A stretch of DNA of 60,574 nucleotides. Origin: Bacilli bacterium. Its GTDB lineage: Bacteria > Bacillota_I > Bacilli_A > RFN20 > CAG-826. Positions within the stretch are counted from its first letter, which is position 1; every line of letters begins with the position of its first letter. Positions 40,262 through 48,280 of the stretch are shown piece by piece. The notes beneath the pieces are model-generated. The model saw only the letters and a program-made list of their open reading frames with translations. It ran no database searches and had not been told where the DNA came from. Position numbers and translations under genes: made by a program. Location: positions 1-60,574 of the forward strand of contig JAGAHY010000063.1 of the NCBI GenBank assembly GCA_017626815.1, in the 5' to 3' direction.

Positions 40262-41626
40262 TTATTCCGCCAACGTAAAGATATAGTTGTCGGAAAAACG
40301 CCCTATTAACTTTTCGGTGTTTTCAAAGGTTTCCTTGAATTCGTCGTCCAATTTGCCTGAAATGTACTTATCTCTTAGCTGACCTTTATCGACTAAAACC
40401 CATTTCAATTCTTTGAAGGAATATTTTGCAAACGCGATCCACTGGGGGTAGTTGATGGCCATCGGGTTCTTAGTAAAGTAAACCTTGCCTGCATTGATTG
40501 CTGTTGCGGCCGTATGCGCGATAAATAGCATCGACGCGAGTTTCGGGTGTTTCTCGCGATTCAAAGAGAACGGAATGGACTCTTTTATTGAGAAACCTGC
40601 GCGGATTCTTCTAATGGCGTAGCAAATCCGGACGATGACTTCCGTTAAAAGCACGGGGATGGACGCGGAGCAGAAATGGATGAAGTCATATCCTTCGTAA
40701 TACATGCCTTGGACGATTTCGGCGATGGTTTGCTCTTCTTCGCCGATACTTCCAAACTGCAACAAGTTGAATAAGCCCATCAAAGGCGCCGGAAGTCCCA
40801 TGGGGGTGGTAATGTCGGATTTGAAGTGGATAAACTGCTTCGCGATTGCGGAAAAGATGTTGGTTTCTTTTCGATCCGCGTAATTGCTCATGATTTGGGA
40901 GACAATCTTGCCCTTCTTATCAATGGTCGTCATCCGGCCCGTCATGATATCAAAAACACCGACAATAAAACCGAGCAGCGGATCATGGCCGAGCGAAAGC
41001 ATTCTATGGTAGTAGGCCGAAAGTCCTTCTACATGCACGGTCGTATACCGATTATCTTGGGCGTCGAAAGATACTTTGCTAATACTGGAATTGGCAAGCT
41101 TTTCCATTTCTTCGGGTGGGAATGCTTTGTCAAAGCGTTGACGGATAACGTTAGATAGCGGGCCCGCCTTTAATCCATCGGGTGTGGCGTGAGGGATGCC
41201 GACCATTAGGATATCGATCGCACCGGACAAGATTCCTGCGATGGCACAGATGGAATAATCGATTAAATCCATGTGGTGCATAGCGTTGAAGTCACTCGCC
41301 AATGCCCTTATGTAGTCTTCATTCTCCTGGAGTTCTTTTTCGGAGAAGAAATCCGTTAGTTCTTTATATTGAGCGTTGTCTGCGGACGCCTTCGTAAGCA
41401 ATTGCTCCCATGTAGGGATAACGATTTCCGTCTTTCTGGAAGACACTGAAGGCTGCGCCTTTTGCGGTGGCAAAGCAATGCCTAAAGATTTCAACAACGC
41501 TTCGCTTTCGGCAATTGCCTTTTCGTCCACCTTGGGAATTTCAATTTCCGAAAGGCTTTTCTCTTGATGCGATAAAACGGTGTTTAGTTCAATCTCTTCC
41601 TGAGTGTAACTATATTTCTTTTTCAT
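40262..41626 (-). CDS. Hypothetical protein with several hydrophobic segments (cassette gene B)
   Basis: 454 aa; HRMLSLGHDPLLGFIVGVFDIMTG, HFKSDITTPMGLPAP; AT-richer codon use; overlaps the gene A stop. Confidence 0.8.
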   Translation of the reverse strand: MKKKYSYTQEEIELNTVLSHQEKSLSEIEIPKVDEKAIAESEALLKSLGIALPPQKAQPSVSSRKTEIVIPTWEQLLTKASADNAQYKELTDFFSEKELQENEDYIRALASDFNAMHHMDLIDYSICAIAGILSGAIDILMVGIPHATPDGLKAGPLSNVIRQRFDKAFPPEEMEKLANSSISKVSFDAQDNRYTTVHVEGLSAYYHRMLSLGHDPLLGFIVGVFDIMTGRMTTIDKKGKIVSQIMSNYADRKETNIFSAIAKQFIHFKSDITTPMGLPAPLMGLFNLLQFGSIGEEEQTIAEIVQGMYYEGYDFIHFCSASIPVLLTEVIVRICYAIRRIRAGFSIKESIPFSLNREKHPKLASMLFIAHTAATAINAGKVYFTKNPMAINYPQWIAFAKYSFKELKWVLVDKGQLRDKYISGKLDDEFKETFENTEKLIGRFSDNYIFTLAE

Positions 41627-42201
41627 TGCGCTTGGATGCCAAGGTCATGTTGCAAATCCTTGAGGGCTTGGGTCAATAGAATATTCAAGCCTTGAAGATA
41701 GTCGAGCCTTTCCTTTGTGGCATTGAGCTCGTCTTTTAAAGCCTCGATTATGGCCTCGTGCTTACGGACGACTTCTTGATAGAGCCGTTCTTTTTCTTTC
41801 TTTAACTGCTTGCTTTTCAGATGGACGGTTAAACCAACACCGCCTGCGGCTAAAGCGGCCACTGGCGCAGCGAGAACAAAGATGCCTGCGACCATGCCGC
41901 CTCCGACAAGTGTGCCGGCGGCCGCTAGTCCAGAGGTGATTCCTACGGCGCTAAGGCCGACGGTTCCTAGCCCATATAACGCGGCGAAAGAGACTGCACC
42001 GCCTATACCCGCACCAACAGCGCCGGCAATGACTTCGCGCATGGGGCTATCTTTTGCCGTTCGCATTTTATCGGCTGTTGCAAACGTCACTTCATTCACA
42101 ACGTCGACGACGGGCTGAAGAGCGGCTGTGTCTTTAAATTTCATGTCCCTCTTCCTCGGCGCTTTATTTTTCACAACGTGAGTCGTTGCTTCATTTCCCA
42201 T
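41623..42201 (-). CDS. Gly/Ala-rich hydrophobic hairpin (glycine-zipper-like) plus coiled-coil protein (cassette gene A)
   Basis: AGAVGAGIGG...GITSGLAAAG...GGGMVAG followed by an amphipathic helix; start chosen at ATG 42201 (AGGGG SD), alternative start 42270. Confidence 0.8.
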   Translation of the reverse strand: MGNEATTHVVKNKAPRKRDMKFKDTAALQPVVDVVNEVTFATADKMRTAKDSPMREVIAGAVGAGIGGAVSFAALYGLGTVGLSAVGITSGLAAAGTLVGGGMVAGIFVLAAPVAALAAGGVGLTVHLKSKQLKKEKERLYQEVVRKHEAIIEALKDELNATKERLDYLQGLNILLTQALKDLQHDLGIQAQ

Positions 42202-42549
42202 GTTTTGAACCCCTGTTTTTTCTAATGATACTTTTATCTCATCCGTTCGGAAACAATTTATAGCCTTCATTCCTTCCTATGAAGAACGTAACTACCCGCC
42301 CGCTGCCTGAATAATCTCTTTTAGATAAGGCTCTTTTTGCCACACCATGACACCGAATGGGCAAATTATGTACATCGGTGTGACGCAATTGGGCTCGCAA
42401 GCGCTTGCTCGGATTGGTAAAACCATGCATGGAAAAAGGCCTCCTTCGAACGGAAGATGGTAGTTGTGGAAAACGACCATATTATATTCGATGGGAAGCC
42501 ACTTTTTAGTTCCTAGCAAGCCAATTCCTAAAAAGCCTAGAAAGTCAAT

Positions 42550-42659
42550 AGAAAATGGTGACGGAATAGGGAAACTACGTCGCTTGCGCCGGATAAAACC
42601 TTGTCGTTTTTCACAAAGAATCGATGCTAGGCCATAGCAAAGCCCTGAAATCCAAAAAA
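42550..42659. repeat. ~110-bp direct repeat, copy 2
   Basis: Matches 40075-40185. Confidence 0.95.
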
Positions 42660-42760
42660 TCCAAAATGGCTTCGCGAAATCATCGTTCCTGGAACGCTAA
42701 GCGAAAAACGGACGCAAACACATCGAAACCTTGCCATTATCATGGTATGATTCTTCCCGT

Positions 42761-44065
42761 ATGAGAATGGTAGATATAATCGAACGTAAACGCGATGGCC
42801 ACGCGCTTACGGAAGAAGAGATTCGTTTCTTTGTCAAAGGCTACTCCTGCGGGGAAATCCCCGATTATCAGGCCTCGGCTTTGACGATGGCCATTTATTT
42901 CCGCGGCATGAATAAGGAAGAGACCGCGATTTTGACCGACGCGATGATGCATTCGGGCGAAACCGTGGACCTTTCCGTCATCCCCGGCATCAAAGTCGAT
43001 AAACATAGCACGGGCGGCGTCGGCGATAAGACCTCCCTCGTGGTCGGGCCTTTGGTGGCCGCCTGCGGCGCCAAGATCGCCAAGATGTCGGGCAGGGGCT
43101 TAGGCCATACCGGCGGCACGCTAGACAAGATGGAGTCGATCCCGGGCATGAACGTCTTCGTGGATAAGGAAGACTTCATCCGTCAGTTAAACGACATCGG
43201 CATCGCCATCATCGGCCAGACGGCCAAAATCGACCCCGCGGACAAGAAGCTTTACGCCCTCCGCGACGTCACCGCGACCGTCGAGTCCATCCCCTTAATC
43301 GCCTCGAGCATCATGTCGAAGAAGCTCGCCTCGGGCAGCGACGCCATTTTGCTCGACGTCAAATTCGGCACCGGCGCCTTCATGAAAACCCTGGAAGACG
43401 CGCGTAAATTAGCCCGCGCGATGGTCGAAATCGGCGATTCGCTCGGCCGCGATACGCGCGCTGTCTTAACCGACATGAACCAGCCTTTAGGCAAGGCCGT
43501 CGGCAATTCCCTCGAAGTCATCGAGGCCATCAACACCTTGCAAGGCAAAGGCCCCAGGGATTTGGTGGATCTCGCGATCGATTCGGGCGCGATCATCTTG
43601 GAGCAAGCCCATTTGGTCCAAACTTACGAAGAAGGCTGCGAACGCATCATGAAAGCCATCGATGACCGTTCGGGCTTCCGTAAGCTCGTCGAACTCGTCA
43701 AGGCCCAAGGCGGCGATCCTTCCTATATCGAAAACCCCGATAAGTTCGAAAAAGCCAAATACATCATCCCCGTGGTCTCTAGCCGCGCTGGCTATGTGCA
43801 CCGCATCGATTCCCTTTCCATCGGACTTGCCGCCATGAAATTCGGCGCCGGACGCGCGACCATGGACGATGTCATCGACATGTCCGCGGGCATTTACTTG
43901 GAAAAGAAAGTCGGGGACAAAGTCGAATCCGGCGATGTCCTTTGCTATTGCCATACCAACAAAACGGACATCAAAGACATCCTAAAGGAAGTGGAAGAGG
44001 CGTTCCTCGTCGACGAGAAGAAAGTCGTCCTCGAGCCCATCGTCTACGATTATATCCACGCTTGA
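42761..44065 (+). CDS. pdp: Pyrimidine-nucleoside phosphorylase
   Basis: DKHSTGGVGDK, KMSGRGLGHTGGTLDK, SIMSKK. Confidence 0.95.
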   Translation: MRMVDIIERKRDGHALTEEEIRFFVKGYSCGEIPDYQASALTMAIYFRGMNKEETAILTDAMMHSGETVDLSVIPGIKVDKHSTGGVGDKTSLVVGPLVAACGAKIAKMSGRGLGHTGGTLDKMESIPGMNVFVDKEDFIRQLNDIGIAIIGQTAKIDPADKKLYALRDVTATVESIPLIASSIMSKKLASGSDAILLDVKFGTGAFMKTLEDARKLARAMVEIGDSLGRDTRAVLTDMNQPLGKAVGNSLEVIEAINTLQGKGPRDLVDLAIDSGAIILEQAHLVQTYEEGCERIMKAIDDRSGFRKLVELVKAQGGDPSYIENPDKFEKAKYIIPVVSSRAGYVHRIDSLSIGLAAMKFGAGRATMDDVIDMSAGIYLEKKVGDKVESGDVLCYCHTNKTDIKDILKEVEEAFLVDEKKVVLEPIVYDYIHA

Positions 44066-44067
44066 TT

Positions 44068-44520
44068 ATGAGAGTCGTCTTGCAAGTCGTCACGGACGCT
44101 TCCGTGACCATCAATCAGGAAAAAGTCGCCCACATCGATAAGGGCTTCCTTTGCTTCGTCGGCTTCACCGAAGGCGATGACCTTAACCTCGCCAAGAAAA
44201 TGGCCGATAAAATCTGCAAGCTGCGGGTTTTCCCCGATGAAAACGGCAAAACCAACCGCAGCCTCAACGATGTCGGCGGGAAGATCTTAAGCGTCTCCCA
44301 GTTCACCCTCTACGCCTCGGTGAAAGAAGGCAATCGCCCGAGTTTTACGAATTGCCTCAACAAAGATATCGCCGCATGCCTCTATGAGGATTTCTTCACT
44401 TACCTCAAGTCGGTCGCCCCTGGTGCGGAATCCGGCGTCTTCCACGCGGATATGGACGTGGGTCTTGTCAACAACGGGCCCTTTACCTTAATCTTAGATT
44501 CCAAGGAGCTTTTCCAATGA
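44068..44520 (+). CDS. dtd: D-aminoacyl-tRNA deacylase
   Basis: MRVVLQ, SQFTL, GNRPSF, NNGPFT. Confidence 0.95.
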   Translation: MRVVLQVVTDASVTINQEKVAHIDKGFLCFVGFTEGDDLNLAKKMADKICKLRVFPDENGKTNRSLNDVGGKILSVSQFTLYASVKEGNRPSFTNCLNKDIAACLYEDFFTYLKSVAPGAESGVFHADMDVGLVNNGPFTLILDSKELFQ

Positions 44521-45656
44521 AAGTCTTGGTCGGGCTTAGCGGTGGCGTCGATAGCGCCATCGCCGCGTATCTACTGAAGAAGCAGGGCTATGAAGTCAGC
44601 GGTGGCTTCATGCGCAACTGGGACGCCTTGGCCAATAACGACTATCTGGGCAATCCCACCATCGGCAACAGCCAATGCCCCCAGGAAGTCGACTACTATG
44701 ACGCGGTCGAAGTCGCGAAGAAGCTCGATATTCCCTTGCTTCGCGCCGATTTCGTGAAGGAATATTGGGATAACGTCTTCTCCTTTTTCTTAAGCGAATA
44801 CGAAAAAGGCAGGACCCCAAATCCCGATGTGTTCTGCAACAAATACATCAAATTCGATTCCTTCTACGAATTCGCTTTGTCCCAGGGATTCACCAAAATC
44901 GCCATGGGCCATTACGCTAAACTGGGAAAAGACCAGTGGGGGAACCCACGATTATTCAAAGCCGCCGACCGTAACAAAGACCAGACTTATTTCCTTTGTC
45001 AGATCTCGGATAAGCAAGTCGCGAGTTGCTTTTTCCCGCTCGGTGACATCGATAAACCCGAAGTCCGTCGCCTCGCCCACGAGTTAAACCTCAACTCCGT
45101 CATGGACAAGAAAGATTCCACCGGGGTGTGCTTCATCGGCGAACGTCACTTCAAGCAGTTCCTCCAAAACTACATGCCCGCGAAGCCTGGCAAAGTCGTG
45201 CTGCTTCCCAAAAACAAGGAAATCGGCACCCATAGCGGCGTCTATTTCTATACGATTGGCCAACATAAAGGCCTGGGCATCGGTGGCGTCAAAGGGGAAG
45301 AAGAAGGGGGCTACTTCGTGGTCAAGAAAGACGTGAAGAACAATATCCTCTACGTCTGCCAGCTTAAAGACCGTTACCTGTTGTCCTCGACGTCCTGCGA
45401 TATCTCCCATCTGAATCTTCAAGGTCCCGTCGAAGGAAACGATATCGAAGTCTCCGTCAAATTCCGTTACCGTCAAGCCGACCAGCCCGCCATCCTCCAT
45501 ATGGAGGAAGGGGGCAACGCCAAACTCGAATATTCCTTCCATCCGGTGGAGGCGGTCACGCCAGGGCAGATCGCGGCCATCTACCAAGGGGATATGCTCC
45601 TTGGCGGGGGCATCATCGAGGCCACTTACCGCGATGGGGGGCGTACCGACATCTAA
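44517..45656 (+). CDS. mnmA: tRNA 2-thiouridylase
   Basis: SGGVDS, TPNPDVFCN, KDQTYFL, DSTGVCFIG, TPGQ. Confidence 0.97.
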   Translation: MKVLVGLSGGVDSAIAAYLLKKQGYEVSGGFMRNWDALANNDYLGNPTIGNSQCPQEVDYYDAVEVAKKLDIPLLRADFVKEYWDNVFSFFLSEYEKGRTPNPDVFCNKYIKFDSFYEFALSQGFTKIAMGHYAKLGKDQWGNPRLFKAADRNKDQTYFLCQISDKQVASCFFPLGDIDKPEVRRLAHELNLNSVMDKKDSTGVCFIGERHFKQFLQNYMPAKPGKVVLLPKNKEIGTHSGVYFYTIGQHKGLGIGGVKGEEEGGYFVVKKDVKNNILYVCQLKDRYLLSSTSCDISHLNLQGPVEGNDIEVSVKFRYRQADQPAILHMEEGGNAKLEYSFHPVEAVTPGQIAAIYQGDMLLGGGIIEATYRDGGRTDI

Positions 45657-45729
45657 GTCAAAAAGCGCCGAAAAATGGCGCTTTTCCGTATCCGTTGCAA
45701 ACCCAAAAAACATAACTATAATCCAAACC

Positions 45730-46908
45730 ATGGCCACCCCAGACTTCCCCGAAAGCGAATATAACCCTACGCCCGATAAGCCATTACGTTACCCGGGAAT
45801 TGTAGGTATTTCTTTGCTTTTGGCCGCGCTAGGATCTTCGCTTTTGTCCCAAGCCATCAGCAATCAGCCGTGGCGCCTGTTTTTCCTTATCTTATGTCTT
45901 TGCTTGCTTATCGGCGCCATCGTCTTCGGCGCGCTTGGGGTGAAGAAATCGATCAACTTTTATCATGCGCTTTCCATCGTCACCACCGCCTTAAGCGGCC
46001 TCTCCCTCGTGGGTTTCCTTATTGTCCCCGCGTTTGGGCTTGCCCTAGGCGCCGACATCTTTTGGCCATCGTCGGCTTCGATGAAAGAAAGCGAATACAG
46101 CAACGTCATCAACGCGCTTTCCGAAAAAAGATACCCGTTGATGCTCTTGGATGGGCGGACGGGGAATGCCTATCAAGATAGTCAAAAGGCGTTCCTGCCG
46201 TCTCTTAAAGAACTAAAACTGACGGAGGTGGAGGAACAATCCCTCCACGAGGATTTCGCCTTCGCGAATGCCTTCGATGGCAATCAGCCAACCTATCGCG
46301 TCAGCGTCGATGCAGCTAAAGGCTACCTCAAATCCCAATATTCTAGCGGGGGAACCTGGTCCAAGGCGACGAGCCATACGTATCGGGTTCGCGATTTTGG
46401 GAAACTGAAACAGGACGTCTATTCCTTCGCCCGCGAGGAAGAGGACCGCGAGTATTCTGCGGAGTGGGAGAAATTTCAAAGCTACGCCGAATTCGCGGAA
46501 GTCTTCCGTGGGAATAACGCCATATTTTCCTGCAACCCCGATTGCCGCACTTTTGACGCCGCCCGCATCCGCGAGTCGGGGACGGAGCTAAAGAAATTGA
46601 CCTTCACCCCGAAAGAGGAGACGAAGCGTTATATCGACCTCCTCGATGACCCGATCCATTACCATGAAAACTATCTTGTCTTCGGCCGCTCCATCGTCCC
46701 GACTGATGGCACTTACGTCGAATATCGCCTTCTGTTCCAGCAAAAACGGTGTTTCCTTCTCGTCCGTGCCACGCAGACCTACCTTACCCCACGCGAAGGT
46801 TTCAGCGAGCGGGAAACGCACCAATTTGCCTATTGCCAGGAATACGTTTTATCCGACGAAGACTATCAGACTGCGCTTAATATCTTGCGCTCCGCGCTAG
46901 ATTGCTGA
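45730..46908 (+). CDS. Membrane protein (3 N-terminal TM plus soluble domain), unknown function
   Basis: Hydrophobic N-terminus; TTGCAA-N16-TATAAT ending 7 nt before ATG 45730. Confidence 0.65.
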   Translation: MATPDFPESEYNPTPDKPLRYPGIVGISLLLAALGSSLLSQAISNQPWRLFFLILCLCLLIGAIVFGALGVKKSINFYHALSIVTTALSGLSLVGFLIVPAFGLALGADIFWPSSASMKESEYSNVINALSEKRYPLMLLDGRTGNAYQDSQKAFLPSLKELKLTEVEEQSLHEDFAFANAFDGNQPTYRVSVDAAKGYLKSQYSSGGTWSKATSHTYRVRDFGKLKQDVYSFAREEEDREYSAEWEKFQSYAEFAEVFRGNNAIFSCNPDCRTFDAARIRESGTELKKLTFTPKEETKRYIDLLDDPIHYHENYLVFGRSIVPTDGTYVEYRLLFQQKRCFLLVRATQTYLTPREGFSERETHQFAYCQEYVLSDEDYQTALNILRSALDC

Positions 46909-46957
46909 TAAAAGAAACCTAATTCGTCTCTAAGCGCCAAAATAGCGTACATTGTTT

Positions 46958-46971
46958 TGAAAGCGCTTTCC
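46958..46971. promoter_or_regulatory. cre/LacI-type operator
   Basis: TGAAAGCGCTTTCC, near-perfect palindrome upstream of a carbohydrate-binding lipoprotein. Confidence 0.55.
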
Positions 46972-47082
46972 GCGGAAAACCCACGGAAGCAGGGAAAAGA
47001 GTTGTAAATGATTCTCAAGTAGTGCGACTTTGCTACAATTCATGCCATTAAAACGGGTATAACCCGTCAACGAGGAGAAAAA

Positions 47083-48009
47083 ATGAAGAAAATCTTAAAA
47101 TTGGGCTTATCTGCGTTAGCCCTCTCCGTCCTTGCGGCCTGCGGCAATTCCGGCTCTTCTGAAGCGAGTAAAGCCACGGGCTCGTCCAGCGAAGAGAGCA
47201 AGTCCACCGGCCTTTCCACCGAAAGCAGCAAGGCCACTGGTTTATCCACCGAAGAGTCCCACGACACCGAAGACTTCAGCGACGACACCGAAGACTTCAG
47301 CGACGACACCGAGGACTTCAGCGACGACACCGAGGACTTCAGCGACGACACCGAAGACTTCAGTGACGATACCGAGGACTTCAGCGACGACACCGAAGAA
47401 TACAGCGACGAGAGTGACTTCTCTTCCGAAGAATCCGGTATGCCCGCTTTATATCTTGCCGGTACCTTCAACGACTGGACTAAGTACGACGACACCTATG
47501 CGCTTGAATGGGACGAGCTTACGGAAATGTATAGCATCGAAGACGTGGGCCTCAAAGCCAACGCCCAATTCAAAGTCATGGGTCTTGTCGACGGGGAAGA
47601 AAAATGGTACCCCAATGACAACGTCACAGTTGCTGAGGCGGGTCAATACGACATTGATTTTGATCCCGTGACCCATTACGTCACTACGATTTGGGTTGGC
47701 GAATACGAAGGCGATATCGAAGAAGTCACCTATCATCTCTCCGGTTCTTTCAATGGTTGGGCAGTGCATGACCATAATTACCAGTTGAGTTATGACGCAT
47801 CGGCTGATTACTACGCGATCGAAGGGATTTTATTTGAGGAAGGTTACGCACTGAAAGTCACGGATTCCGACGGACACTGGTATCCTGATGGCATGGGCAA
47901 CGATTATTTGGTCCAAGAAGAAGGCATCTACGATGTCCATTTCGATCCTAAAGGCGGCCATGATGGCTGGCACTCTGGCTTCTTCGAGGTCGTCCCGACT
48001 GAGAATTAA
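47083..48009 (+). CDS. Lipoprotein with acidic repeat stalk and two SusE/SusF-like carbohydrate-binding modules
   Basis: LAAC lipobox; two copies of Y/H-L-x-G-x-FN-x-W...K-V...WYP...G-x-YD-x-x-FDP. Confidence 0.7.
   Translation: MKKILKLGLSALALSVLAACGNSGSSEASKATGSSSEESKSTGLSTESSKATGLSTEESHDTEDFSDDTEDFSDDTEDFSDDTEDFSDDTEDFSDDTEDFSDDTEEYSDESDFSSEESGMPALYLAGTFNDWTKYDDTYALEWDELTEMYSIEDVGLKANAQFKVMGLVDGEEKWYPNDNVTVAEAGQYDIDFDPVTHYVTTIWVGEYEGDIEEVTYHLSGSFNGWAVHDHNYQLSYDASADYYAIEGILFEEGYALKVTDSDGHWYPDGMGNDYLVQEEGIYDVHFDPKGGHDGWHSGFFEVVPTEN
47167..47256 (+). repeat. Three imperfect 30-bp coding repeats (SKxTGxSxEx)
   Basis: SKATGSSSEE/SKSTGLSTES/SKATGLSTEE. Confidence 0.75.
47263..47409 (+). repeat. 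21-bp coding tandem repeat x7 (DTEDFSD x6 + DTEEYSD)
   Basis: GACACCGARGACTTCAGCGAC units read directly. Confidence 0.95.
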
Positions 48010-48029
48010 TTTCCACTAAATGAACACTT

Positions 48030-48057
48030 AGGCTCTTGCCTCGGCAGGGGCCTTTTT
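48030..48057 (+). terminator. Intrinsic terminator
   Basis: AGGCTCTTGC...GCAGGGGCCT plus T run. Confidence 0.75.
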
Positions 48058-48089
48058 CGCTACCAAGAAGCGGAAGTGGCGAGTTTCTC

Positions 48090-48118
48090 TTGTACCTCGC
48101 CTATTAGGCGACTAAGAT
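48090..48118 (+). promoter_or_regulatory. SigA-type promoter of the alaS leader
   Basis: TTGTAC-N17-TAAGAT. Confidence 0.6.
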
Positions 48119-48124
48119 ATGTCC

Positions 48125-48267
48125 ATCGGGAACTTGCCACTCCCCCTTACGCGGGTAATGCCGCCGTCGTTGACGCGTTAAGTCATTAATTGAGCGCACC
48201 GCTAGGTGAAGAAGGATGGTACCGCGCCACTAGGCGTTCCTTCGTCCGGGGGCGTTTTTATTTTTTT
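48125..48267 (+). ncRNA. T-box riboswitch (Ala), compact
   Basis: Antiterminator GAAGGA-TGGTACC-GCGCC...GGCGT-TCCTTC (48211-48243); overlapping terminator plus T run; candidate GCC specifier at 48136-48138. Confidence 0.85.
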
Positions 48268-48280
48268 GGAGGTTACCTCA

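Noticed and set aside
40213-42541. 10-bp AAAGCCTAGA at both inner ends of the cassette (40213 and 42532) as a target-site duplication
   Set aside because: The match is short and a near-identical word also occurs at the rpn stop near 18030, so chance cannot be excluded.
47263-47409. 21-bp repeat array as a possible CRISPR
   Set aside because: Units are head-to-tail with no spacers, in frame within a lipoprotein gene, and no cas genes are present.
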